A stretch of DNA of 64,000 bases from Herpetosiphon aurantiacus DSM 785 (GTDB lineage Bacteria > Chloroflexota > Chloroflexia > Chloroflexales > Herpetosiphonaceae), in the NCBI GenBank assembly GCA_000018565.1, contig CP000875.1:569199-633198 (forward strand). The letters are read 5' to 3'. The number at the start of each line of letters is the position of its first letter. Position 1 is the first letter of the stretch. The position numbers and the translations under genes were made by a program. Below, one piece after another: positions 39,669 to 48,238 of this stretch. Under the pieces are notes generated by a model. That model did no database searches. It was not told the origin of the DNA and saw only the letters and a program-made list of their open reading frames with translations.

Positions 39669-41183
39669 CTATACTCTCACGCGTTGGGCCGGTAGCTCAG
39701 TGGTAGAGCATCGGACTTTTAATCCGCTGGTCGTGGGTTCGATCCCCACCCGGCTCACCAAGCGGGATTGTTGCAAACTTCCTACGAGTTCCAGAAATGG
39801 TTCTCGTGGTTGGTAGGCGACAATCCCTTTTTTTGTGCCCCAAACGGCTGCAATGAGTGATTGTAAGGCTACGCGCTTCTCGGCTAATGCCCTCTTCTGC
39901 TTAAATGTCCAACTAATTGATTCTAATAAATCTAAGGCTTGCTCCATGTTAAAGGATGCAGCTGGTTTTTGGCGTGGTGCTTGGGCTTGAGCCAACAACG
40001 CTGATTTGCGCTGCTCATATTCATCAGCCCGGATGTGATCATTGAGAAACAGGCGCTTGAGTGCGGCAAGCTCGGCTTCAATGTTGGGGGCTTCGGGGGC
40101 TGGTTGTTGGTGTGCGTCCCACTGTTGCTGAGCAACCCGAAGAATATCGCGCTTCCAATCGCTGGGAAACGCCAAGGCATCAAGCACGGCAATCATATGC
40201 TGATCAAGCACATCGTTGCGCACCATGGCCATGGGGCATTGGTTGTAGCGGTGTTGGCTGCACTCATAGTACACAACGTTGGTTGTGCGCTTGTAGTGTT
40301 GCCACATGCGGCTGCCACATTGCTCACAATACAAAATTTCACTGAGCAGCCCACGGCCTTGGCTCACAGGAGTCCAGCCGCGCTTTTGGCCGCGCCGATC
40401 AAGCAAAACTTGTACCGCGTCCCATGTTTGTTGATCAATCAGCGCTTCATGTTGGCCAGCATAGGTTTGGCCTTTGTAGCTCACCTTGCCAATATAGGCT
40501 TGGTTGCGTAGCATCGATGCAACGTTGTCTTTGGTGTAGGGAACATAGCGCCCTTGTTGAGTGTTCCAAACTCGCGCACCACGTTGGTTCATGGCATCGG
40601 CGACGGTGCTGAAGCTATACAGTCCTGTGGCATAGAGTGTAAACAGCATGCGTTGATGCTCGGCATCGGCTGAAGGAACCAGCACCCCGTGCTCATTGCG
40701 TTGGTAGCCCGTTGGCACGGGGCCAGGTAATTTGCCTGATTCCGCAGCTGCACGGCGGGCACGTGCAACCCGTTCGCCTGTTAGTCGGCTATAGAGTTCG
40801 GCCCCAGCTCCTAACATCGTCAGATTGAAGCGGCCAGCAGCGGTATCCATCTCAATTGGCTCGGTAATTGAAATGAGTTGAATCCCCAGCGCGTGGAATT
40901 CATCAACCACCCGCAGCTGGAGCGAAGTGTTACGGGCGCAGCGGTCGAGCTTCCAAACTAACACAACATCAAAGCATCGTGGTTTCCGAGCGGCATCTTC
41001 ACGAAGCTGCATAAACGCGGGACGATCAGCATTGCGGCCACTCTTGCCAGCATCTTGATAGACCTGCACAACGTGCCAACCATGGCGTTGGGCATAGGCC
41101 TGACAATCACGCTCTTGGCTTGCAAGGCTGCTGTTTTCAGCTTGTTCACGGGTGGAAACCCGTGTATAGATAACGGCTCGCAT
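39669..41183 (-). CDS. Large serine recombinase (resolvase/invertase-domain site-specific integrase)
   Basis: N-terminal RAVIYTRVSTREQ catalytic Ser motif, recombinase domain, and zinc ribbon (CEQCGSRMW…YYECSQHRYNQCP). The C-terminal ~25 codons are the antisense of tRNA-Lys. Confidence 0.85.
   Translation of the reverse strand: MRAVIYTRVSTREQAENSSLASQERDCQAYAQRHGWHVVQVYQDAGKSGRNADRPAFMQLREDAARKPRCFDVVLVWKLDRCARNTSLQLRVVDEFHALGIQLISITEPIEMDTAAGRFNLTMLGAGAELYSRLTGERVARARRAAAESGKLPGPVPTGYQRNEHGVLVPSADAEHQRMLFTLYATGLYSFSTVADAMNQRGARVWNTQQGRYVPYTKDNVASMLRNQAYIGKVSYKGQTYAGQHEALIDQQTWDAVQVLLDRRGQKRGWTPVSQGRGLLSEILYCEQCGSRMWQHYKRTTNVVYYECSQHRYNQCPMAMVRNDVLDQHMIAVLDALAFPSDWKRDILRVAQQQWDAHQQPAPEAPNIEAELAALKRLFLNDHIRADEYEQRKSALLAQAQAPRQKPAASFNMEQALDLLESISWTFKQKRALAEKRVALQSLIAAVWGTKKGIVAYQPREPFLELVGSLQQSRLVSRVGIEPTTSGLKVRCSTTELPAQRVRV
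39686..39760 (+). tRNA. tRNA-Lys (anticodon TTT)
   Basis: Acceptor GGGCCGG/CCGGCTC (one G·U), D-arm GCTC-AGTGGTA-GAGC, anticodon loop CTTTTAA, T-arm GTGGG-TTCGATC-CCCAC, CCA encoded. Confidence 0.9.
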
Positions 41184-41328
41184 GAATAATCCCTTCTACG
41201 CTGCTTTCGATTGAGGCGGTTGTGCAGATGATTGATCCGCTTCTTGGTCTTTGTCAAGCATCAATGCAACCAACAAGGCTGCAAAGGCTTGAACAACGCT
41301 TTCACGTTGCCCATCGGCGTGGCCCCGT

Positions 41329-41568
41329 TCAATTGGTGTTGGTAGTGCTTGCATTGCGACCTTCCCATAATGGAATCAGAATCGTTCGTGCGCGGACGGT
41401 ATGATCAGAGAAATCAATATAGCCACGCCGTTTCAGTTCGAGTAAGGAGCGGCGACAAGGGCCGTATGGGATACCAACAGCCGTAGCCAATTCTTGAATC
41501 GATGCTTGCGGTTGCTGACTTACAGCGGCCCAGACTTTACGGACAAGATCAGTATTCATTCGGCTCAT
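41329..41568 (-). CDS. Small winged-HTH DNA-binding protein
   Basis: 79 aa; IQELATAVGIPYGPCRRSLLELKRRGYI HTH-like. Confidence 0.4.
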   Translation of the reverse strand: MSRMNTDLVRKVWAAVSQQPQASIQELATAVGIPYGPCRRSLLELKRRGYIDFSDHTVRARTILIPLWEGRNASTTNTN

Positions 41569-42275
41569 GCGGCTTTACCTCGTCGCTTGGCTAGATTCAA
41601 TCGTCGATAATCGGCAATGCCCGTGAAATCCAAGTGTTCAACCAGCGCAACATCAGCCAAACGGCTCGCGATACGCCCATCAAAGCGCTTCAAATCTTCG
41701 TTGGTGGTAAACACCGTTGGTAGCTCGCGGTTGTAGCGGTGATTGATCAGCTGAAAGTGTTTTTCTTTGGCCCAGCTAGTAAGGTGCTCAGTACCAGCAT
41801 CATCAAGCACCAGTAAGGGAACATTGCGAATGCGGTCAAAGCGCTGTTGAAACGATTCGCCTTGTTGGCCATCAAAGGTTTCGCGTAAGGCATCGAACAA
41901 ATCAGGCACTACGAAAAACATGGCGCTCTTGCCGCTGGCAACGACAGCATGAGCAATCGCAGCGGCTAGGTGGCTCTTGCCACAACCATATGGCCCCGAA
42001 AGTAATAACCAGCCTTTGGGGTCACTTGCATAATCCATGCAGGCCTGAGCCAGCGGTGCTACCTGTGGCAAGCTCACAAAGGTTTCAAATGTTTTTTTGG
42101 CGACAAGGCTTAAGTCGCCATGCTTCTGTAGTATGGTTGGTTTGCGACAGTCGCAAGGAATATACTCAATCGCCTTGCGGGTTTTATCATCGCTATAGCG
42201 ATAGCCGAGCACGCCACTATCTTGACAGCGCTCACAGGTGATCGTTTCTTCACGTTCCCAAACAGCATTGGTCAT
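41565..42275 (-). CDS. DnaC/IstB-like AAA+ ATPase (replicative helicase loader-like)
   Basis: Walker A LSGPYGCGKSHLAAAIA, Walker B LLVLDDAGTE, N-terminal zinc-binding CxxC…CDC. Confidence 0.75.
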   Translation of the reverse strand: MTNAVWEREETITCERCQDSGVLGYRYSDDKTRKAIEYIPCDCRKPTILQKHGDLSLVAKKTFETFVSLPQVAPLAQACMDYASDPKGWLLLSGPYGCGKSHLAAAIAHAVVASGKSAMFFVVPDLFDALRETFDGQQGESFQQRFDRIRNVPLLVLDDAGTEHLTSWAKEKHFQLINHRYNRELPTVFTTNEDLKRFDGRIASRLADVALVEHLDFTGIADYRRLNLAKRRGKAA

Positions 42276-43168
42276 TGTGTCCCCCCAGCAGCTTCAACCA
42301 GCCTGTTGGCCAATGGCCCCCAGCGCTTGTAGATCATTTCAGTCCAATCATCGTATTGGGCTTGAATTCGGCCATTCACCAGTTGGGCATATTGCAAGGC
42401 ATCACGTTGATTTGAGGTCAGGCCTTGCCATTGATCGAGTCCAATCCATGCAGGCCGCCGATCATCGTTGGCTGGTTCGGTGTGCGGTGGTGATGGTTCT
42501 GGCTCAGGAGTGAGGCGATGGTGAACGCCTGCTTTGAGGTCAAGGGCGATTTGGGCGGCGGGGTAGTTTGGCCCAACATGGTCAAGATAGGCTTGAATTA
42601 TTTCAAGCGGCTCATGGGCATGTTTTTTTGCCGTCCAAACTTGCCGATCCCGAAGTAGTCGATAGGTTTCAGTATCCGTTGGTTTTTTTGGCTGCGCAGC
42701 AGGAGTATTATTATTATTTCTTATTAATTGATTCTTGTTAATTAAACCATGCGACACTGGTGTCGCCTCTGACACGACACTGGTGTCGCCTCTGACGCGA
42801 TCCTGATGTCGTGTCTGACACGACACTGGTGTCGTCTCTTCGACACTGGTGTCGCGTTGCTGAGATTCAAACAGTTCGTAAATATTGCCATGGCGGGTTT
42901 GAATTGAGGCTAACCAGCCATAAGTTTCAAGTTCTTTAAGCCAGCGCTGGATTGTCCGAATATGGGGTACTTTGTCATCTTCAGCACATGCTTGGGCTAG
43001 GTCTTTTTGTTGGGGCCATGCAGCTTCCTCGTTTCCTGCATAGGATGCAAGAATACCCCACAGTAATCGCGCACTACGTGATAATCGCGAATCACGCAAG
43101 ATGGTATGGGGGATTGCAGTCCACCCATTGCGCCATCGCACCTGAATACGATCAGATTGTGGTGCCAT
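42272..43168 (-). CDS. Replication initiator-like protein (N-terminal winged HTH, DnaD/replisome-organizer-like) containing internal iterons
   Basis: wHTH segment IPHTILRDSRLSRSARLLWGILASYAGNEEAAWPQQKDLAQACAED…TIQRWLKELETYGWL; tandem palindromic iterons inside the ORF (42750-42857). Start chosen at an internal Met because the upstream extension overlaps the next ORF. Confidence 0.5.
   Translation of the reverse strand: MAPQSDRIQVRWRNGWTAIPHTILRDSRLSRSARLLWGILASYAGNEEAAWPQQKDLAQACAEDDKVPHIRTIQRWLKELETYGWLASIQTRHGNIYELFESQQRDTSVEETTPVSCQTRHQDRVRGDTSVVSEATPVSHGLINKNQLIRNNNNTPAAQPKKPTDTETYRLLRDRQVWTAKKHAHEPLEIIQAYLDHVGPNYPAAQIALDLKAGVHHRLTPEPEPSPPHTEPANDDRRPAWIGLDQWQGLTSNQRDALQYAQLVNGRIQAQYDDWTEMIYKRWGPLANRLVEAAGGTQ
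42750..42857. repeat. Tandem palindromic iterons (GACACTGGTGTCG core), candidate replication origin
   Basis: Four to five copies of gacactggtgtcg(c/t)ctct within about 110 bp, each itself an inverted repeat GACAC-TG-GTGTC; located inside the initiator ORF, as in lambda O / ori-in-rep arrangements. Confidence 0.6.
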
Positions 43169-43175
43169 ACAACGC

Positions 43176-43439
43176 CTACTTTCCATCATCAGAAGAATCG
43201 GTTGCACGTTTCGCCACAAGTTGACGAATAGTGTGCAACACACCCTGTTGCTTACGCCGGCTCTGCTCGGCATGCCTGAGTTCATCGAGCGATTCACGGC
43301 TCATGCTGTTAGCTCGCAGAGCTATATGCTTATGGGCATCACCAATTTCATTGTTGAGGGCGGTTGCATCTTCGACCAGGCCAATCAGTTCATCTTGCTT
43401 AGTTTTGCCCATCGTTATCCAACCCAACAATTTGGCCAC
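43176..43439 (-). CDS. Hypothetical small protein
   Basis: 87 aa ORF. Confidence 0.3.
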   Translation of the reverse strand: MAKLLGWITMGKTKQDELIGLVEDATALNNEIGDAHKHIALRANSMSRESLDELRHAEQSRRKQQGVLHTIRQLVAKRATDSSDDGK

Positions 43440-43740
43440 GGATAAAACCCGCAGCCTCGGCCTCAGTTTCGATTCGTTGTAAGCGTGACCGAATCCACCA
43501 AGCTACTAAATCAGCCGAGCCAGCCAGGCCAGCAATCGCCCAAAAACCGATAATCGTTGCTGGTTGGTTGAGTAATAGCGCCCAGATGGTGAGCACAATG
43601 CCAATACAGGCGGTGCCTACCGTATAGGCCTGCGGTCGTGATAAGCGCCAATGGCGATGCCAAAGCAATCCATGAATGGCAACCATCAACACGGCACAGG
43701 CAAGACCTGCTATGATGGCTGTCAAAATTGTGTAAAGCAT
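43399..43740 (-). CDS. Hypothetical membrane protein (3 TM)
   Basis: 113 aa hydrophobic ORF. Confidence 0.35.
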   Translation of the reverse strand: MLYTILTAIIAGLACAVLMVAIHGLLWHRHWRLSRPQAYTVGTACIGIVLTIWALLLNQPATIIGFWAIAGLAGSADLVAWWIRSRLQRIETEAEAAGFIRGQIVGLDNDGQN

Positions 43741-43803
43741 CTTGCCCTCGAATCCTTAAACAGGGATTGAAACAGAAATACGTTGTCACAAATCCGACGA
43801 TGA

Positions 43804-44019
43804 CTAGTAGGATGGTGTAGTGGATTCTGCGGTTTGATTCCGTTCAGCATCGTCGGCCAAGGCACGGAGTAGCTGGGGATGATTTAGTAGCCATAAGATG
43901 CCCTTTGGTAAATCACCGTTTGCATAACGCCACCTAGTGGCTTGGGATAAATTTTGTAACGGTATTTCTTTTAAGCATTCTCGGAATTTTTCGAGGTGTG
44001 GTTTAGGTGGAATTGTCAT
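43804..44019 (-). CDS. Hypothetical small protein
   Basis: 71 aa; divergent from XRE gene across an AT-rich promoter region. Confidence 0.3.
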   Translation of the reverse strand: MTIPPKPHLEKFRECLKEIPLQNLSQATRWRYANGDLPKGILWLLNHPQLLRALADDAERNQTAESTTPSY

Positions 44020-44142
44020 CCTAACCCCATTTCATATACGATATTCATATATGAAATATTATAGAAATAACTTGAGTTTGTCAAATTTGAAATTCAAATA
44101 TGATTATTTCATTTTTGAATTAGGCACGATATACTAGGGACT

Positions 44143-44565
44143 ATGAGTATGATTGCAACAGGCGCATATCTTTGGACACTACGAGAAGCCATTGGCTTAT
44201 CGCGTGATGACGTTGCCCATGAGGCTGGAACTAACAATGTTCAAATAATGAGGATAGAAAAAGGAGAGATTGATACAAGAGGATCATTGTTATTATCAGT
44301 TGTTAGAGCAGTTAAGGGGAATGCCGAGCATATTGCCCAGTTATTACTTGATGCTAGTGCTACTGAAGAAGATGGACGCAATCTAGCCATTTCTTGGATT
44401 AATCGAGAAACAACATCTGCAATAGATGAATTTATTGCAGATGTAAAAAAGGATAATAAAGTTTCTGAGGCGCTGAAACTTATTCAGCAGCTGGAGGCGC
44501 TTGATCCTTCTTCCCTTGATCGGTTGTTAGGTTATGGACAAAGTTTGCTTGATCGGAATCGCTAA
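44143..44565 (+). CDS. XRE/Cro-CI family HTH regulator
   Basis: LWTLREAIGLSRDDVAHEAGTNNVQIMRIEKGE HTH; AT-rich, TATACT -10 element upstream. Confidence 0.65.
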   Translation: MSMIATGAYLWTLREAIGLSRDDVAHEAGTNNVQIMRIEKGEIDTRGSLLLSVVRAVKGNAEHIAQLLLDASATEEDGRNLAISWINRETTSAIDEFIADVKKDNKVSEALKLIQQLEALDPSSLDRLLGYGQSLLDRNR

Positions 44566-45014
44566 GACGTTCGCGTAGATACGCTAAGATTTGCTTTACC
44601 AAAGAATCTTTTTCTTCAACTAGCAGGATTAATAAAAGGAGACAGGCTGTTCCAGTAAAAAAAACTCGTTGATCTAACATTTCAAAAAGGGTGGATGACA
44701 TAAATATTATGAGGCACGCCCAAGTTCCATTGTTTATCTTTTTCATCTCTTATCCCTATACATAGGCAAACGTATGAGGGAGTATACCATTTTTTATCGT
44801 CCCCGAACATGAAAATTTGATGACAACGAATCTAGGTAGTGCCTTTGTGGCGCTAGAAACAATACCTAGCATAGTAATGCAGTTAATGAAATCCATACAT
44901 TTATGGGAGTACCATGAAGGAGGTAGTTAAAATCCCCCTCGATGAGAAGTACATTCTGTGATATGCTCTGTACTCGATAGTACCATTCACTCTTGATGCT
45001 TTGTGGAGGTTAGC

Positions 45015-46079
45015 ATGGTTGGCGCAGTCATTGATCTATTCTGTGGAGTTGGTGGGCTAACCCACGGGCTTATTCTTGAAGGTTTTGGCGTACTGGCAGG
45101 GATTGATAACGATCCTTCTTGTAAGTATGCCTATGAGCAAAATAATAGAACTCGTTTTATTGAAAAGTCTATTACTGAAGTTGATGGCAGAGAGTTAAAT
45201 GCCCTCTATCCCAATAATCAACATAAAATCTTAGTAGGCTGTGCCCCATGCCAAGATTTTTCTCAATATACGAAGAAGAGTCGTACTGGAACAAAGTGGC
45301 AATTACTCACAGAATTTTCGCGCCTTATTAGAGAGATCGAGCCTGATATTATATCAATGGAAAATGTTCCTGAGGTTCGAACATTCAATAGAGGGGAAGT
45401 TTTTAACAATTTTATTCAAGCACTTGAACAATTAGGGTATCACGTTTCGCATAGCGTGGTGCATTGTCCTGATTATGGAATTCCGCAGCAACGTGACCGA
45501 CTAGTCTTATTTGCTGCTAAACAGGGCGTTATTAAGATTATACCCCCAACCCACACTCCTGAGAACTATCGAACTGTACGTGAAGTTATTGGTTCTCTGC
45601 CACCAATTACTGCTGGCGGACACTGGGAGGGTGATAGCATGCATGCAGCCAGCAGACTAGAAGATATAAACCTTCGACGTATTCAGCATTCTGTGCCTGG
45701 TGGTACTTGGGCCGATTGGCCGGAAGAATTGATTGCAGAATGTCATAAAAAGGAAAGCGGTGAGAGTTATGGGAGCGTCTATGGTCGAATGGAATGGGAT
45801 AAAGTAGCACCTACCATCACTACACAATGCAATGGGTATGGTAATGGTCGCTTTGGTCATCCAGAGCAGGATCGCGCTATTTCGCTCCGTGAGGCTGCCT
45901 TACTTCAGACATTTCCGCGAAGTTATCAATTTGCCCCTGAAGGCCAACTGAAATTTAAGACAGTTAGTCGTCAAATAGGGAATGCTGTTCCGGTCGCACT
46001 AGGTCGTGTTATTGCAAAAAGTATTAAGCGTTTTTTGGAGGGTTTACATGAGCGACAGCGGGTACGAATTATCATTTAG
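45015..46079 (+). CDS. DNA cytosine-5 methyltransferase
   Basis: Motif I DLFCGVGG, motif IV GCAPCQDFS, motif VI ENV, motif VIII QQRDRLVLF, motif X GNAVPV; GGAGG RBS before ATG 45015. Confidence 0.9.
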   Translation: MVGAVIDLFCGVGGLTHGLILEGFGVLAGIDNDPSCKYAYEQNNRTRFIEKSITEVDGRELNALYPNNQHKILVGCAPCQDFSQYTKKSRTGTKWQLLTEFSRLIREIEPDIISMENVPEVRTFNRGEVFNNFIQALEQLGYHVSHSVVHCPDYGIPQQRDRLVLFAAKQGVIKIIPPTHTPENYRTVREVIGSLPPITAGGHWEGDSMHAASRLEDINLRRIQHSVPGGTWADWPEELIAECHKKESGESYGSVYGRMEWDKVAPTITTQCNGYGNGRFGHPEQDRAISLREAALLQTFPRSYQFAPEGQLKFKTVSRQIGNAVPVALGRVIAKSIKRFLEGLHERQRVRIII

Positions 46080-47877
46080 TCTTAATACATTGAATCACTT
46101 AAGCGAAGGTCTTTATAGTAATATTCCTGCGGTTTTATCTGAATTAGTTGCTAATGCTTGGGATGCCGATGCAACTGAGGTATCTATTAATATACGACAA
46201 GATGAAATAGTCATTCAAGATAATGGTATAGGAATGTCAATTGAGGATGCTAATACTAAGTTCTTACGAATTGGGCATCAAAAGAGAGAAGATTCAGCCA
46301 ACACTATAAGTGGACGGCATGTTATGGGCAGGAAAGGGATCGGTATACTGGCAATATTTGGTATAGCCAATATTGCTGAGGTTTATTCTTGTAAGGATGG
46401 AGTACCCCATGGATTTATAATTCGTAAAGGCGATATAGAAAGAGGGATAAGTAGCGATGTAACGTTGTATAGGCCATCACCGGTTCCTCAAGATGATTTA
46501 TCTATTGAATCAGGAACAAAGATTATATTACGAGAAATAAAATCTTCTATTGTAAATGCGGAGAAAACTCTAAGAACTGATCTTGCCCGGAGATTTACAA
46601 TTATTAATAATAATTGTAATTTTTCTGTAATTATTAATAATATACCAATTAGTGATAATGATCGTGATTATTTAAATAAAGTACAATTTCTTTGGTATCT
46701 TGGTGAAGAAAGTAGTAAATATGCTGATTTTTTTACTAAGCTAAAGAAATCATTTGAAATTACGAATCTAGTAGATGGAATGTCAGGTATAACTGTTAAG
46801 GGTTGGATTGGTACTGTATATCGTCCAAGTAATATTCCAACGAGCCACCGTACCATCTCTATTTTTGCTCATGGTAAAATGATTCAAGAAGATATTTTAA
46901 TAGATATAACTGATGCGGGTGTATATCGACAATATATCATTGGTGAAATTGAAGCAGATTTTATGGATAGCGATGATGAAGATGACATTATTACCAGTAA
47001 TAGACAAAGAATAAAGCAAACTGATCCTAGATATCTCAAGCTACTACAGTATGTCAAGGCAGATATTATGCGAGTTATTGCATCAATGTGGACTAACTTG
47101 CGAAAGGAATACCCATCTAAGCCAAAAAAAGAGGAAGTTAATGATAGTTCATCATCAAAAGATGCCAATTCTTCTGAACAAGAGAATACAAATGCTAGTA
47201 GTGATTCATCAAACACTACCGATGCTAGTAGTGATTCATCAAACACTACCGATGCTAGTAGTGAGACGAATGATGGTGATGTGGAAGATAATTCTTTTTT
47301 TGATGATGATATTCCTGAACCTAGCCCTCCACCTAAACAAGAAATTACTACTGCATTTAGAGAGATGAAGAATCTTGTTAAGAATAGTAATATTCCCGAT
47401 CAAATGAAAAATATTATTTTATATGATATTCAACAAGCAGCCTATGCTTATAAAGGAACATCATTTAAAGCTTGTATTGTAATGTTGGGAGCTATTCTAG
47501 AAGGTGTTATGCTTGGAACAATCCAGAGGACGGATGTACTAGAATACTTGATTACTTTACAGACAGTACCAAAGCCATTAAGTGATTTAGGCCCTAGAAA
47601 TCCTAAATTTGCTGATCGTACAGTGCTAGCCCAGTATATAGGGACTACCTTTTCATTTCAGGACTGTAAGGAAATAATAGAGCTATGTGTACAAGGTACT
47701 AATAAACTAGGTGTCGATATACTTCAAACGGTTAGAAATTCTATACATCCAGGTTCAGTATTAAAAGATATGAAACAACTAGCAAGGTTCAATCATCAAA
47801 GCGCTGTTGGTTACATTGCCAAACTACATGAAATTATTAATTTAGTGATTCTATGGAATCCTCCATCTATTCCATAG
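46048..47877 (+). CDS. GHKL (MORC/MutL-like, HATPase_c_3-type) ATPase with low-complexity repeat linker and unassigned C-terminal domain
   Basis: Bergerat-fold motifs: N-box SELVANAWDADA, G1 box IQDNGIGM, G2 box GRKGIGILAIFG. Ser/Asp/Thr-rich tandem repeat (SSDSSNTTDA x2). About 230 aa C-terminal domain without recognisable nuclease motifs. Start overlaps the MTase stop by 32 nt (translational coupling). Confidence 0.75.
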   Translation: MSDSGYELSFSLNTLNHLSEGLYSNIPAVLSELVANAWDADATEVSINIRQDEIVIQDNGIGMSIEDANTKFLRIGHQKREDSANTISGRHVMGRKGIGILAIFGIANIAEVYSCKDGVPHGFIIRKGDIERGISSDVTLYRPSPVPQDDLSIESGTKIILREIKSSIVNAEKTLRTDLARRFTIINNNCNFSVIINNIPISDNDRDYLNKVQFLWYLGEESSKYADFFTKLKKSFEITNLVDGMSGITVKGWIGTVYRPSNIPTSHRTISIFAHGKMIQEDILIDITDAGVYRQYIIGEIEADFMDSDDEDDIITSNRQRIKQTDPRYLKLLQYVKADIMRVIASMWTNLRKEYPSKPKKEEVNDSSSSKDANSSEQENTNASSDSSNTTDASSDSSNTTDASSETNDGDVEDNSFFDDDIPEPSPPPKQEITTAFREMKNLVKNSNIPDQMKNIILYDIQQAAYAYKGTSFKACIVMLGAILEGVMLGTIQRTDVLEYLITLQTVPKPLSDLGPRNPKFADRTVLAQYIGTTFSFQDCKEIIELCVQGTNKLGVDILQTVRNSIHPGSVLKDMKQLARFNHQSAVGYIAKLHEIINLVILWNPPSIP

Positions 47878-47892
47878 GGATAGTTAAGGGGT

Positions 47893-47940
47893 AAAAAAGC
47901 ACCGTGGGCTGCTTGGCTCCACGGTGCTTTTTTATTTTTA
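47893..47940 (+). terminator. Rho-independent terminator after MTase-GHKL operon
   Basis: agcaccgtgg…ccacggtgct hairpin then TTTTTTATTTTT. Confidence 0.65.
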
Positions 47941-48238
47941 CCTCTTGAATACCCCTTGATGACCACAATAACTTGCAGCATTAAGTTCTGCTTCATTTAG
48001 CTGTAGGGAGAATATCGACTACGCTGTTTGATCATAGCCGTGGGCGTGCTCGAGCTGTTTGGCTAATGTTTGGGCTGGTGTTGGCTATCCTACTGTATTC
48101 TCCTCAAATACCGTCGTATTGTGCCTATCCATTCATAAGAAATCAGCCAAAAATCTTAATTCACTCCATCATGATCCAAAAAATGGGTCTGAATTGCACC
48201 TAACTTAGTTGAAGGAAACGCTTTGTTTAGGAGACGCT

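Noticed and set aside
42750-42857. Considered whether the short tandem repeats could be a CRISPR array
   Set aside because: Units are ~20 bp, palindromic, without unique spacers, inside an ORF and without cas genes; they fit iterons. No CRISPR array was found anywhere in the window.
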